Below are positions 55,196 to 64,000 of a stretch of 64,000 bases of DNA, one piece after another. A program made the translations under genes and the position numbers. A model generated the notes under the pieces. It saw only the letters and a list, made by a program, of their open reading frames with translations. It did no database searches and had not been told where the DNA came from. The stretch lies in NCBI GenBank assembly GCA_000002445.1, contig CM000207.1:608001-672000 (forward strand). Reading direction: 5' to 3'. The number at the start of each line of letters is the position of its first letter. The stretch's first letter is position 1. The stretch comes from Trypanosoma brucei. Lineage: Eukaryota.

Positions 55196-55747
55196 ATGTA
55201 TAATGGCATCGCTCCGATCAACGTCAAAGGGACGGGCCTCAGTGGTTACGTGCAGCGTAGTAGGTCGGCGGTCACACAGCTGGCAAAATTCACTCCCGCT
55301 GAGTACACGGATGATATGCTAACAACGGCGAAGGCGAATCCACTGGAGGCGTTGCGGTCGGCAAAGGAGAACAAAGAACTTTCAGGACAGCTGGAACATC
55401 ACAGGTCCCTACGTGCCATCAAACTAAAGGTCCTTCTTTACCGCGAGGAGCGTGAGGCTGCTGGCGTACCACCTGATGTGATTAGCCGAGAGTGCGCAAC
55501 ACTTCATGGGTCGCTACTCCGTAATTACATGGAGGAGGCTCAAGAGGCAAGACGTTTGGGGGCAGCAGAGTTGGCACAAAAGACTGCGGAGAGATTCGCC
55601 TCCGCATTTCAAGTAAGACCCGGCTCACTGGGGGATGCTTTCGACCGGCGTCATCGTGAGGTGGAAAGACAGGCCGCGGAAGGGGCTCGCAAAGAGGCGA
55701 TAGAGCGGCGGATTGTGGAACGGGTGAAGCGTATCAAGGGAGAGTAA
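55196..55747 (+). CDS. cwf21-domain protein (Cwc21/SRRM2 N-terminal-like spliceosomal factor)
   Basis: True ATG. MYNGIAPINVKGTGLSGYVQRSRS matches the SRRM2/Cwc21 N-terminus [24 protein letters not shown]. Length 183 aa, with a downstream basic/acidic helical region. Confidence 0.7.
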   Translation: MYNGIAPINVKGTGLSGYVQRSRSAVTQLAKFTPAEYTDDMLTTAKANPLEALRSAKENKELSGQLEHHRSLRAIKLKVLLYREEREAAGVPPDVISRECATLHGSLLRNYMEEAQEARRLGAAELAQKTAERFASAFQVRPGSLGDAFDRRHREVERQAAEGARKEAIERRIVERVKRIKGE

Positions 55748-56490
55748 GGGGGTGGGGGAGGAATCGCACCAAGAATGTAGTGCGTGACTTTCTGGTTCTA
55801 CTCAGTTCTTCACAAATATGTTGCATTAGCTCCTTGACTTGCACAGCATTTGTTAAGTGTGTTGCACGGGGGCGGTTGTGTCCTCTTTTCCTTTCCTCTG
55901 TTGAATCGCTACCTCTTCTATATTTTTCTGCGCCACTATACTCTGGAAGTGTGCTCTAGGTAGAGGGTACCAAAAGAAGAGCGAACTTTGGAGAAAGTAG
56001 AGGAGGGTGGAACTATCACCACTGATATTCTAACAAAAGCTAAGCCCGTGTTCCCATCAAAACTGGAGCGGAGTGAGGGGGATAAGTGCGCAGTGAGTCA
56101 CAAGGTTCAGTTACAAGTGGAATAACTGAGGGAGTGACGGGAAAGTGGGGGAAAGGCAAAGGATCAATAATTTTGTACTGTCCTGTGGTCTCGGGAAGGG
56201 GAGGGCGAGCGATAAGGGTGCGCCGTCCGCTGGTTCCTGTGTTTCATGCAGTTAGTTAAGAGTGAGGAGGCGGTTAAAACAGTGACAAATAGCGAAATTG
56301 CGACGAAGAAAAAGCGTGCGAAGGTGCTAGTTGTGAATTGAGAAGAGGAAAGAAAAGGTCGAATTGGGGCGTGTTCAAGTCAAGATCAACTTAATAAGTC
56401 AGAAGTGAGGTAATATCTACAGCAAGAGGAGAAGTCAGAGTACGGGGGCAAAACTCTTAGTGAAATTAACAAAACGGCGTGCTGTTGTTG

Positions 56491-57261
56491 ATGGGAAGTT
56501 GTTGTGCGAAGAGCGACACTTCGGTTGACATCGATGATAGCGGCCGTGGAGTGGAACGGGATACTGAAGATGATAACAACGTATACATCCTCCAGTATCA
56601 GTCGCGTGGAGAGGTGCTGAAAATGCTTGAACTGGAACCAACACCTCACGAAGCAAGTGTGATGACACAGTCTCCCAGCTTACCAACGGATGGACCAGCG
56701 GCGGAGGAGTGCGCTGAGGCGGAGCTTTCTGACCCCCTTTCCTGTTCGTCGACAACTATCGTAACAGTACGGAGTGAGCGGAGGGCAGCCGATCGTTTTT
56801 CAGCCAACTCGCTGACCTGGACGTTGCCAGAGGTAAGTGCGACGACGGTGAGTACCCGCTTCGACCACGCACGAACGACATCGTTCATGGGGAGCGATGA
56901 CGATTTCTCTTCAGTGGAGTGGAGCGCTAACTCTAGAAAAGATAGGCGGTTAATGCTGCTGCGGGACAGAGATCGAGCCGCGCAGCGTGATATGGTAATG
57001 AACGAGATGGATCAAAGGCGGTTCATTGCTGAACACGCCAACCGAGCACACCGGGCTATCCTGGTGACGTACATTAGGAACCGTCTCGAGATAGAGAGGA
57101 GGGTTTCGTACGAGGAGTTCCTCGTAGAACGAAATGCATTTCTTCTACATGAGTTGGAGGCGAGGGAACCGTTGGTGCGGCGTACTGTAGAGCTACAAGC
57201 ACATTCAGAGCTCCTCAACAAAATGCAACAGCAGCGCTTGCTTCGGAACCGTGGTAAATGA
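56491..57261 (+). CDS. hypothetical protein with an N-terminal dual-acylation motif (MGSCC)
   Basis: The first ATG is at 56491; the track start at 56479 is GTG. MGSCCAKS has Gly2 plus Ser6 (N-myristoylation consensus) with adjacent Cys4/Cys5 (palmitoylation). The rest is acidic and low-complexity, then helical. Confidence 0.5.
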   Translation: MGSCCAKSDTSVDIDDSGRGVERDTEDDNNVYILQYQSRGEVLKMLELEPTPHEASVMTQSPSLPTDGPAAEECAEAELSDPLSCSSTTIVTVRSERRAADRFSANSLTWTLPEVSATTVSTRFDHARTTSFMGSDDDFSSVEWSANSRKDRRLMLLRDRDRAAQRDMVMNEMDQRRFIAEHANRAHRAILVTYIRNRLEIERRVSYEEFLVERNAFLLHELEAREPLVRRTVELQAHSELLNKMQQQRLLRNRGK

Positions 57262-58603
57262 GTCAGCGTTTTGGGGTGCGGGACACTTTGCCTCGGTGGG
57301 GGCTGAGGAAATGACTTGATCTTGCAATATGAAGCGGTGAAATCAGGTTGCGGGCTATTTTATCGCTTACTAACAGTTCTCGGATGTCCCCGTCGTCGTA
57401 CCCACCTTAGGCAAACGGGGATCGCGTTTATTTTTCCTCCAAGGTCTCGGATGTGCGGGATGCAGGTTGTGGCGGTGGGGAGGGGAAGAGGGAGGAAGAT
57501 CGTCTTCTCGTCATTAATTAATTTCCAGTTGCACTTCGTAGTGGGTGCCACTTGCTGTTGACTGTTTTTTTAATGTTTGTTTGTTTCACTCCTCTTTTAG
57601 GAAATAATCCACGGTAGCGGTGACGTGTATATGCCCGTACATCTGACCCGAAGGGGGAAGTGGGGTGTCGCCTCAAAACGTAAACCGTTTTATATTTTCC
57701 TTTACTGCCACATGGGTGCATGTTGGTAGCGTTGCTTGACTGTAAGACGTGCCCATGTGCGTTTTCTCTCATTTTACCCCTGACGGTTTACCCGTTTCGT
57801 CCGTGTGCTACACCCCCTTTTCTTTGTTTTGTGTTTGTTGCTTTCATTGTTGCTAACGCGTGCGGTTTATGTGTTTCTCAGTCAGTGGTAGAGCAGGCGG
57901 GATGGGCATATTACCACTGCACTTCTTCTATTTTAAAAGCCACGTGCAATCGGCACGAATGTGAGGGTTCTGCCGCAGCATATGCACTAGTGCTGTACAG
58001 GCCTTCCATCCACGGAGAGTGAGAGAAGGTCTCCCTATTGATATCTGTTGCTCTCTCTTTCTTCCCTATTTCTGGGGAGGACCTAGAGAAGTTAGGATAC
58101 TTCCACAGTGCATATTCAATCCCTATATTCCTTGATCATTGTTTTTCTTTTTTCTTTTTGCGTTCCTTCCTTCCCACTTATTCACTAGTGAAGTCTGTCT
58201 TCTCCGACCTCTGGTGGTGTTCTGTTTGTAAAAGATGAAGCCCCGCTCGAGCGGAAAGAGGGAAAATAACAAGAGGGGGAAGCGAGCTGATAGAACGATG
58301 TGAGTAGTGTGTCACCGTAAAACGAGACAAACACACGACAGGGAGAAAATCGTGTCAATAGGGATGAACAAGAAGAAAACAAAAGATGTAACTTCACTTA
58401 ATCGTTTATTTACCGGAACATTTTTTTAAATTGTACTATGTTGTAGTTGCTAAACCTGACATTATGCACTAAATTTCTCGTTTTTGTTTCTGTAGTCCTT
58501 CACTCTTATTATACTCCCTCTTTCTTCCTTTCGGACTCTCTTTTGTACCCTTCGTTATGCGATGGGGAAATAATTCTCTCCCATTTCTAATAGCTGAGCA
58601 GTA

Positions 58604-58864
58604 ATGGCTTCGGTGAATATGGAGGACTGGATACAGAAGCCTGCGGTGTGTGTCACCGTGTTTGGCGAGTCGCATGAAGGGTTGTTACAGGGGATAGACA
58701 ACAATTTCAACACCGTGTTAAAGCAATCCGTAGGAAACAAGGAAAATGAGCTGACCTTTGTGCGAGGCGAGTCCGTTGTGTACGTTGGTTTCAGCGATAT
58801 AGCTGAGAGTACGGTGCCGGAAGGAAACGCTGGGTGTGGTAGTGTGGCTTCCACCACTTCTTAG
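58604..58864 (+). CDS. Sm/LSm-fold protein (86 aa)
   Basis: True ATG. The Sm1-like segment is VCVTVFGESHEGLLQGIDNNFNTVLKQS (G-x-L-x-G-x-D-x-x-x-N-x-V-L). The Sm2-like segment is LTFVRGESVVYVGF (the RG motif). Confidence 0.65.
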   Translation: MASVNMEDWIQKPAVCVTVFGESHEGLLQGIDNNFNTVLKQSVGNKENELTFVRGESVVYVGFSDIAESTVPEGNAGCGSVASTTS

Positions 58865-59205
58865 TGGAGGTGCTAGCATCACGTTGCGCATGGTTAGGTT
58901 ACGTTGTACCTGTCATGGCTTGCGTCCTTGGACCATGAAGTAAAAGGAGGGGTTGTGGGTTTCCGTTTTGGCCGCTTACTTGGATGTTGCGTTTTACAGC
59001 TTAAAACCGTGGCTTTAGCTTTATCTGCCGCTCCTTGTCTTTCGCCCGTTCTTTGCATTTATTTTTCTTCCCCCCCCCCCGCTACATAACTTGTGTTAAA
59101 TGCACACAAGTGCGATTCTCCGGTGTACTCGTCTGTGCTTGAAGTGTGGATATTGAGAATATTGCACTTTTATGGTTGGTATCCTCTTTTAACCTAACAT
59201 TAGCA

Positions 59206-59559
59206 ATGTCTTCGCTTCCCGGGGTGGCGAGGTATGAACGCATGACCACGCGAAACAAGATTCAGTTCTTCTGGTGGTCCATGCTTGTGATGGGTTTTGC
59301 CTATCAGTTCCTCCAAATGACCGTGCTGCGCGTTCAGCCAAAACGTGAGGAACAGATGTACAGCCATATCCGTGAACTCTACGGCGATCAGTTGCCGCCA
59401 GAGCTTATCGAAATCGCGAAGCGGCAGCGCGAAGCACAGGACGCTTTGACACTGTCAAATATGATACGCACGCCAACGCCTGGTGAGACGGCTGGGGCAC
59501 TGCAGCACGCATTGGACCCGCGTCGTATCGCGCAGTTGCGGAGCCACAACGGGTATTAG
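59206..59559 (+). CDS. hypothetical small membrane protein (117 aa from the first ATG)
   Basis: The track start at 59146 is GTG. ATG at 59206 gives MSSLPGVARYERMTTRNKIQFFWWSMLVMGFAYQFLQ, with one predicted TM helix. In sense orientation. No family recognised. Confidence 0.35.
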   Translation: MSSLPGVARYERMTTRNKIQFFWWSMLVMGFAYQFLQMTVLRVQPKREEQMYSHIRELYGDQLPPELIEIAKRQREAQDALTLSNMIRTPTPGETAGALQHALDPRRIAQLRSHNGY

Positions 59560-59948
59560 GATACAGGAGGAAACGATCGGGCATCCGAATATTCTTGAGA
59601 GAAGTTGAGGGGTGAAGAAACTCGTCGTGGGACGCTCGCACCGTTGAGTATACTTCACTAGTTTGCCACTGTGCGGCAGGGCCCACTTGCGTACAGGAAA
59701 TCACGGGGAAGGGGGTTCGGGGCGATGTTGTTACACTCGTCTTTGGTTAAACTAATTAGTTAGAACAGAGGTCAATGTGCACCAACCACCCAACACGTAT
59801 ATCTTTGTGCCTTTATTTTATAACATTTGTTTCTTATTTAGGGAAGCGATTAACAGCTTCGTACAAACAGCGGACCCATTTAGTGAATAGGAACACGGGA
59901 GGTGTTGCAAGGGGAGTTGAAGTAAGCCGCTGATTGTATTTCGCGGCG

Positions 59949-60209
59949 ATGCGCATTTTCGTACACGTACGGGAGAAGGTCATTAAGTTAGAGTGCGGTG
60001 ATGGCACACAGAACGTAATATGGTTGGGCAACGCTGCCATGGTGCACTACGACTCTTCGTTTGGTCAGAAATATGGTTCCCCGAAGTACATACAAAAGGA
60101 GGGTGGCACCATGTGTGATCCGAATGCGCGTGTTTGTGATGTGTTGGACGATAACCAACATGTCTTCGCTGTGCTGGATAACATCGAGGAGGTTGTCACA
60201 GATGCGTAG
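59949..60209 (+). CDS. hypothetical small protein (86 aa)
   Basis: The track start at 59934 is TTG. The first ATG is at 59949 (MRIFVHVREKVIKLECGDGTQNVIWLGNAA...). The alternating hydrophobic pattern suggests a small beta-rich fold. In sense orientation. Not recognised. Confidence 0.3.
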   Translation: MRIFVHVREKVIKLECGDGTQNVIWLGNAAMVHYDSSFGQKYGSPKYIQKEGGTMCDPNARVCDVLDDNQHVFAVLDNIEEVVTDA

Positions 60210-60765
60210 TTCAATGTATGTTATTGCTCCCCCTTCAACACAACTTTTGAGTCCTCTTGTTTTAAGTGAGGATGAGCACATTGAGAGGGGATAGTTTTTT
60301 TTGGGGGGGAGGGAGGGGGTTTGCAGAAGCATATCCGTATGGATGTGTTTACACAACGGCGCGGCATTTGGGTGAATTGGGATGCAATCAGCGGTCATAA
60401 AACACCATATTTCCATTTAATGTTTCGGTTTGCAGTTGTTCTTGATTTGTCCGTTTCCACAGTTTTCTTTTAAGACTGTGTGTCGAGCGCAAACCCGGGG
60501 AAAGAGGAAAGGTGTTCATCCCTCGAATTTTCAGTATGTTTCGCCCTAATCCCTTCCTTCCGCGTCAGTATCACTTGAATCTTCATTTTATTTGCATATT
60601 TGCTCTCGCACTGGCGTGCCGAACCCAGTATCGTACCCAGATGGGATATTCCCCTTTCCGCACTTTTTTTTTTTGCAATCTCTATTCTCTATGTTTTCTT
60701 TTTGTTTTGGTTGTTGTTTTGCGCCCCACGCACGTTGGCGCGCTAAAGCAGTTTCCGACTAGAAG

Positions 60766-61566
60766 ATGGAGAGGAGTAATTCCCGGAGGAGGGTGTCACA
60801 GTCCGCTCCAAAGGGAGAAAATGAATGGAGCAAGGTGCCCCGATGCGTGCGCGAGGCTCTGGCCTCGGCCATTGTTGGCGCTCTACCGGGTGAATCACGA
60901 CGTCGTTTGACTCCAAATAGGAATCCCTCAAGGGCGAAAAGCACGTGCGCGAACAAAATCGTAGTACCGCAGCTGACAGAAGAGTTTCTTCATCGGAGTG
61001 TTCAGACTTTTGAGGATGCGGCGGTCTTGCGTGCTGAGGCTGTGCGAAGTTACGCGCAATTCCACAACACTGTGGAGATGCTTCGGGAAGTGATGCGCAA
61101 CCAGCTAGGCGCACTGTGGTATACGGCGCTTCAGTTGGATCCTGAGTTTGTGATTGACCTGCAGCAACAAAACGGACTAAGTGGGAGTGACCTGATTCCC
61201 AACGACGTGGTTATTGAGGGCGAGTCGCTTAAGCGGCTAGAAGGACTGGAGACGTTGCTACAGGAAATGAACAACAACATGGAGGTGTTACGTTCGAGCT
61301 CGGTACGTTTTGCCGCGTGTGTTCTATCAGATGAAGAGAAGTTGTCGATGGGGCTAGACCCACTGAGACTACCACGGGAAGACGTCTTGCGGTACGCCGT
61401 TGCGCCTAGCACCAGGCGCAATTCAAGTAGTCGTGGACGGCAAAGCAATAAAGACGACTCAAGCAACCATGGGCGTCGTAGCGCCTCGGCGCGGAGGCCA
61501 ACTCTCAGGCCGGACGAAACAGAGGCGCGATTGAAGCGTTTTAGAGCATATGCTGCTCGACGGTAG
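60766..61566 (+). CDS. hypothetical protein (266 aa)
   Basis: True ATG. It has a basic N-terminus, a central helical region and a basic Ser/Arg-rich C-terminus. In sense orientation. No domain recognised. Confidence 0.45.
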   Translation: MERSNSRRRVSQSAPKGENEWSKVPRCVREALASAIVGALPGESRRRLTPNRNPSRAKSTCANKIVVPQLTEEFLHRSVQTFEDAAVLRAEAVRSYAQFHNTVEMLREVMRNQLGALWYTALQLDPEFVIDLQQQNGLSGSDLIPNDVVIEGESLKRLEGLETLLQEMNNNMEVLRSSSVRFAACVLSDEEKLSMGLDPLRLPREDVLRYAVAPSTRRNSSSRGRQSNKDDSSNHGRRSASARRPTLRPDETEARLKRFRAYAARR

Positions 61567-62430
61567 GCCTTCCCTTCCCTTCCCTTTCCTTTTTTTTTTG
61601 ACGAAGTCATGCCACGTGCGTTCCAGCGGTGGAAATGGCACTGACGTTAGGAGCCGTTTGCAGCGGTAAACCAACTTTAAAGAGGCGAGGTTAGTATCTA
61701 CCGTTCGTGGTGCCCGATGGGATATTTGTCTCCTCTCTGGGCTGCAGTTGAACTTGAGGGTTAGGGTTAGTGAGTTACGTTTCTTCTGTCGTAACCAACA
61801 CAACACTTCTGGGATGTCCGTTTTGTTTCTTGATGTTTTGATTGGAAAAGGGAGAGTTTCTTGATAAAGCTGCCAACAGGGAACAAACTTCTGCGTGCAT
61901 CGACTGTCTCATTGTTTTTGTATGAAGGGAAAGCGAAAATATATGTATGCATACATATATACACTCATAGATGCATGCTTGTGGATAGACAACCGCGCTC
62001 GTGTTTGAGTTTTAGGGCGCACATGCTGTACCTGGGCCACCCGATTGGCGGGAGAATGGAGTTGGCGCCTCGTCCGCACTGACTAATTATTGCTTATGCT
62101 TCAAATTCAGGATGCAGGTATTCTCTTTCTTTCAGCGATGATCACATTTATAAAAGTAGGACAACTGTTCTGTGATCTTTTGATCCTTTTTTTTTTCACT
62201 GTGCATAACCTCATAGCAGCCGTTGTGGAGGTGCCCGCTTTAAAGGCGAAGGACAACGTCAAGGGACACTGAGGCCCAATAGAAAGACACAAGACAAAAA
62301 GTAGGGGGATAAAGGGTCGAGGCGTGGGTAAGGAAGTGGAAGAAAAATAGATAAAGAGACGCGAGAAGGCGAGTGAAAGGAAGGAGCAGGTCGCGTTCGC
62401 TGTACCCAGTGGTTGGTAACCGCCTTGCTG

Positions 62431-64000
62431 ATGCATGTGGCCTCTCCCGAGGATATTAAACACGAGATCGAGGATGGCAGAGGTGAGTGGCGGTATGTAC
62501 CACCGTGTGTGCGACAGGCATTGGCGCTTGTTCTTCCAACGACACCGAAAAGGTGTTCAAGGTCGCGGAGCGTTACGAGCGGCTGCTGTGCTCCTCGCAT
62601 GCTTTTGCCACTGCGGGGGAGTGGTCCAAAGACAGATGTGATGGAGGCTGTGGAGGCAGCGCAGTTGGCGGAGCAGCCACTCGCGGTCGCTGGGAGGGAG
62701 CTGCTAAGTTCTTCCAAAGTTTTGGCGAAGCATCTCCCAAAGCAAAGGAGAATTCCTCCCGGCAAGCCTGTTGTCAGGGTGTGTTCAAGCTGTGGTGGAC
62801 CTCTGCAGGAAACTGGGGCGCCTGGCAAGAGATGTGAAGAACGCCCCCGTAGTGGTCGCAAGGGGCGCAGTGCATCTTGTGTGTTGGACGCACACTCCAT
62901 GGGGGAGCGTACACAACTACCCGGTGATACCTCTTCAAGTGTTCCCGGGGTGACTCGCCGAACCTCCAGCGGTGAACAAACCAGTCGAAGAACCCACAAT
63001 ACCGCACGCGTCGTCCAGCCAATTAACATGGAGGCCTCGAAAATCAAACGTGTGGAGTGCATTCGGCACCGTCGGGAGGTGACGGACGCCCTGTTGCATA
63101 TGGTTGAGGCAGTGAAGGTGCTGAGCAAGGAAGTGGACACAACGGTTGTGAAATCTGTTACAGACGCCATGCGCCTTGATCCCCGACGAGCGAAAGACGT
63201 TCGAGGGGAGGTTGCACCGGTTGCCTCTCCATCGGAAGAGCAACAGGAGGCACTAAAGGGACTGTCTAATTCCGTACGGTGGCTGACGAATGCGACGAAC
63301 GAACTGGTGGCCGTTTTCCTAACCCCGGAGGAAAAGCGGTTTCTTGGTTTAAATACGCATAGACTCCAGACGCGTAAGGAACGATCAACTATGTACCAAT
63401 ACGCAAAAACATATCGTAGAAGGGACGGAGGCTTGCCGCCTCCTCCCCCTGGCGTTGGTGAAAATATTACAGGGGACTTGAAAGAGGGGCCTAGGGAAAA
63501 CCAAGATGGTGAGGGAGATGCTGACGAAGAAGATGTCTCAGGGAAGGGCAAAAGCAGAGGGGAGGGCGTACAAAGAAGCGAAGGAGGCAAATCCGCTGAG
63601 GTTTCTTCTAAAGGGGCAATAGGGAAAACGGAATGTGGCGCGGGGGTCCGTTCCCCATCGGGCGCGGCTGCTGGTGCTGAAGATCACAACCCGGAAGTAG
63701 GGATGAAGGGCGGTTGCGTGGAAATGTCGAATAATACACAGCGCTCTTCCCAACTCTCAAGCGTGCAGGCTTCCAGGAGGGAGGAAAAGTTGTCTGAGGA
63801 TAACCAAGTGAAGAAAAGACTTTCTGTGTCGACGCGTGGCACCGCTGAGGAGGTGTCGGCGAGCAACGCCCAGGGAAGTCCTGGGCAAGCGAAATTGTCT
63901 GTCGGCCGTGCTTCGGCATCGGACGTTGCAAACCCGTCCGTGAGCAGTACGGGAGCGAGGAACTCTTTACCGAAGCGAAGAAAGGCCAGTGATTCTCAGT
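62431..64000 (+). CDS. hypothetical protein, partial. It runs off the right edge of the window and is absent from the ORF track. The start is uncertain; candidate ATGs are at 62431, 62599, 62641 and 63028.
   Basis: The plus-strand frame (codon starts with coordinate mod 3 = 1) is open from the TGA at 62374-62376 to position 64000; I checked it codon by codon. Downstream of 63028 the sequence is protein-like (MEASKIKRVECIRHRREVTDALLHMVEAVKVLSKEVDTTVVKSV...). The 443-aa minus-strand ORF 62259..63590 over the same DNA is Ser/Pro/Leu/Arg low-complexity, typical of an antisense artefact. Confidence 0.45.
   Translation, partial: MHVASPEDIKHEIEDGRGEWRYVPPCVRQALALVLPTTPKRCSRSRSVTSGCCAPRMLLPLRGSGPKTDVMEAVEAAQLAEQPLAVAGRELLSSSKVLAKHLPKQRRIPPGKPVVRVCSSCGGPLQETGAPGKRCEERPRSGRKGRSASCVLDAHSMGERTQLPGDTSSSVPGVTRRTSSGEQTSRRTHNTARVVQPINMEASKIKRVECIRHRREVTDALLHMVEAVKVLSKEVDTTVVKSVTDAMRLDPRRAKDVRGEVAPVASPSEEQQEALKGLSNSVRWLTNATNELVAVFLTPEEKRFLGLNTHRLQTRKERSTMYQYAKTYRRRDGGLPPPPPGVGENITGDLKEGPRENQDGEGDADEEDVSGKGKSRGEGVQRSEGGKSAEVSSKGAIGKTECGAGVRSPSGAAAGAEDHNPEVGMKGGCVEMSNNTQRSSQLSSVQASRREEKLSEDNQVKKRLSVSTRGTAEEVSASNAQGSPGQAKLSVGRASASDVANPSVSSTGARNSLPKRRKASDSQ

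Noticed and set aside
62259-63590. 443-aa minus-strand ORF
   Set aside because: Ser/Pro/Leu/Arg-rich low-complexity product. It is antisense to the orientation of the entire plus-strand cluster, and a continuous protein-like plus-strand frame covers the same DNA.

Overview
This 64 kb window looks like nuclear DNA from a trypanosomatid, most probably a Trypanosoma species. The evidence is about 50% GC, densely packed single-exon genes with no introns visible, genes arranged in same-strand polycistronic blocks, pyrimidine-rich intergenic tracts, and (TA)n/(CA)n microsatellites with long G/C homopolymers. Positions 1 to about 27,300 are a minus-strand gene cluster with at least 14 genes. Positions 27,314-34,370 form a roughly 7 kb gene-free divergent strand-switch region. 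Positions 34,371-64,000 are a plus-strand cluster with at least 18 genes. The ORF track accepts TTG/GTG/CTG starts, and many listed N-termini are non-ATG extensions, so I re-called starts at the first in-frame ATG. The track omits three real-looking genes. One is a large partial minus-strand ORF at 1..2839 resembling the N-terminus of the SSU-processome HEAT-repeat protein UTP10/HEATR1. One is a partial plus-strand ORF running off the right edge at 62431..64000. One is a 56-aa SERF/4F5-family micro-ORF at 37346..37516. Recognisable products include cytidine deaminase, thioredoxin, cyclophilin, a RluA pseudouridine synthase, a GNAT acetyltransferase, a DHH exopolyphosphatase/prune-like protein, an Eaf6 homologue, and an LSm protein. 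Also present are a cwf21-domain (SRRM2/Cwc21-like) protein, an enkurin-domain protein, RIIa/IQ and Dpy-30 mini-proteins, an ankyrin-repeat protein, a twin-Cx9C protein and an RS-domain protein. The most unusual items are a predicted-active PPPDE peptidase-PUB-GH85 ENGase fusion and an ArsC/LMW-PTP-like protein whose catalytic cysteines are replaced. Further unusual items are a receptor-like TM-PAS-REC-Ser/Thr kinase, a UBA-CCCH-CUE-Smr protein that is a candidate no-go-decay endonuclease, and a 510-bp tandem duplication inside the minus-strand cluster. I could not identify any tRNA, rRNA or snRNA genes by eye, so small ncRNAs are not excluded. All similarity calls are from motif recognition by memory, not from searches.
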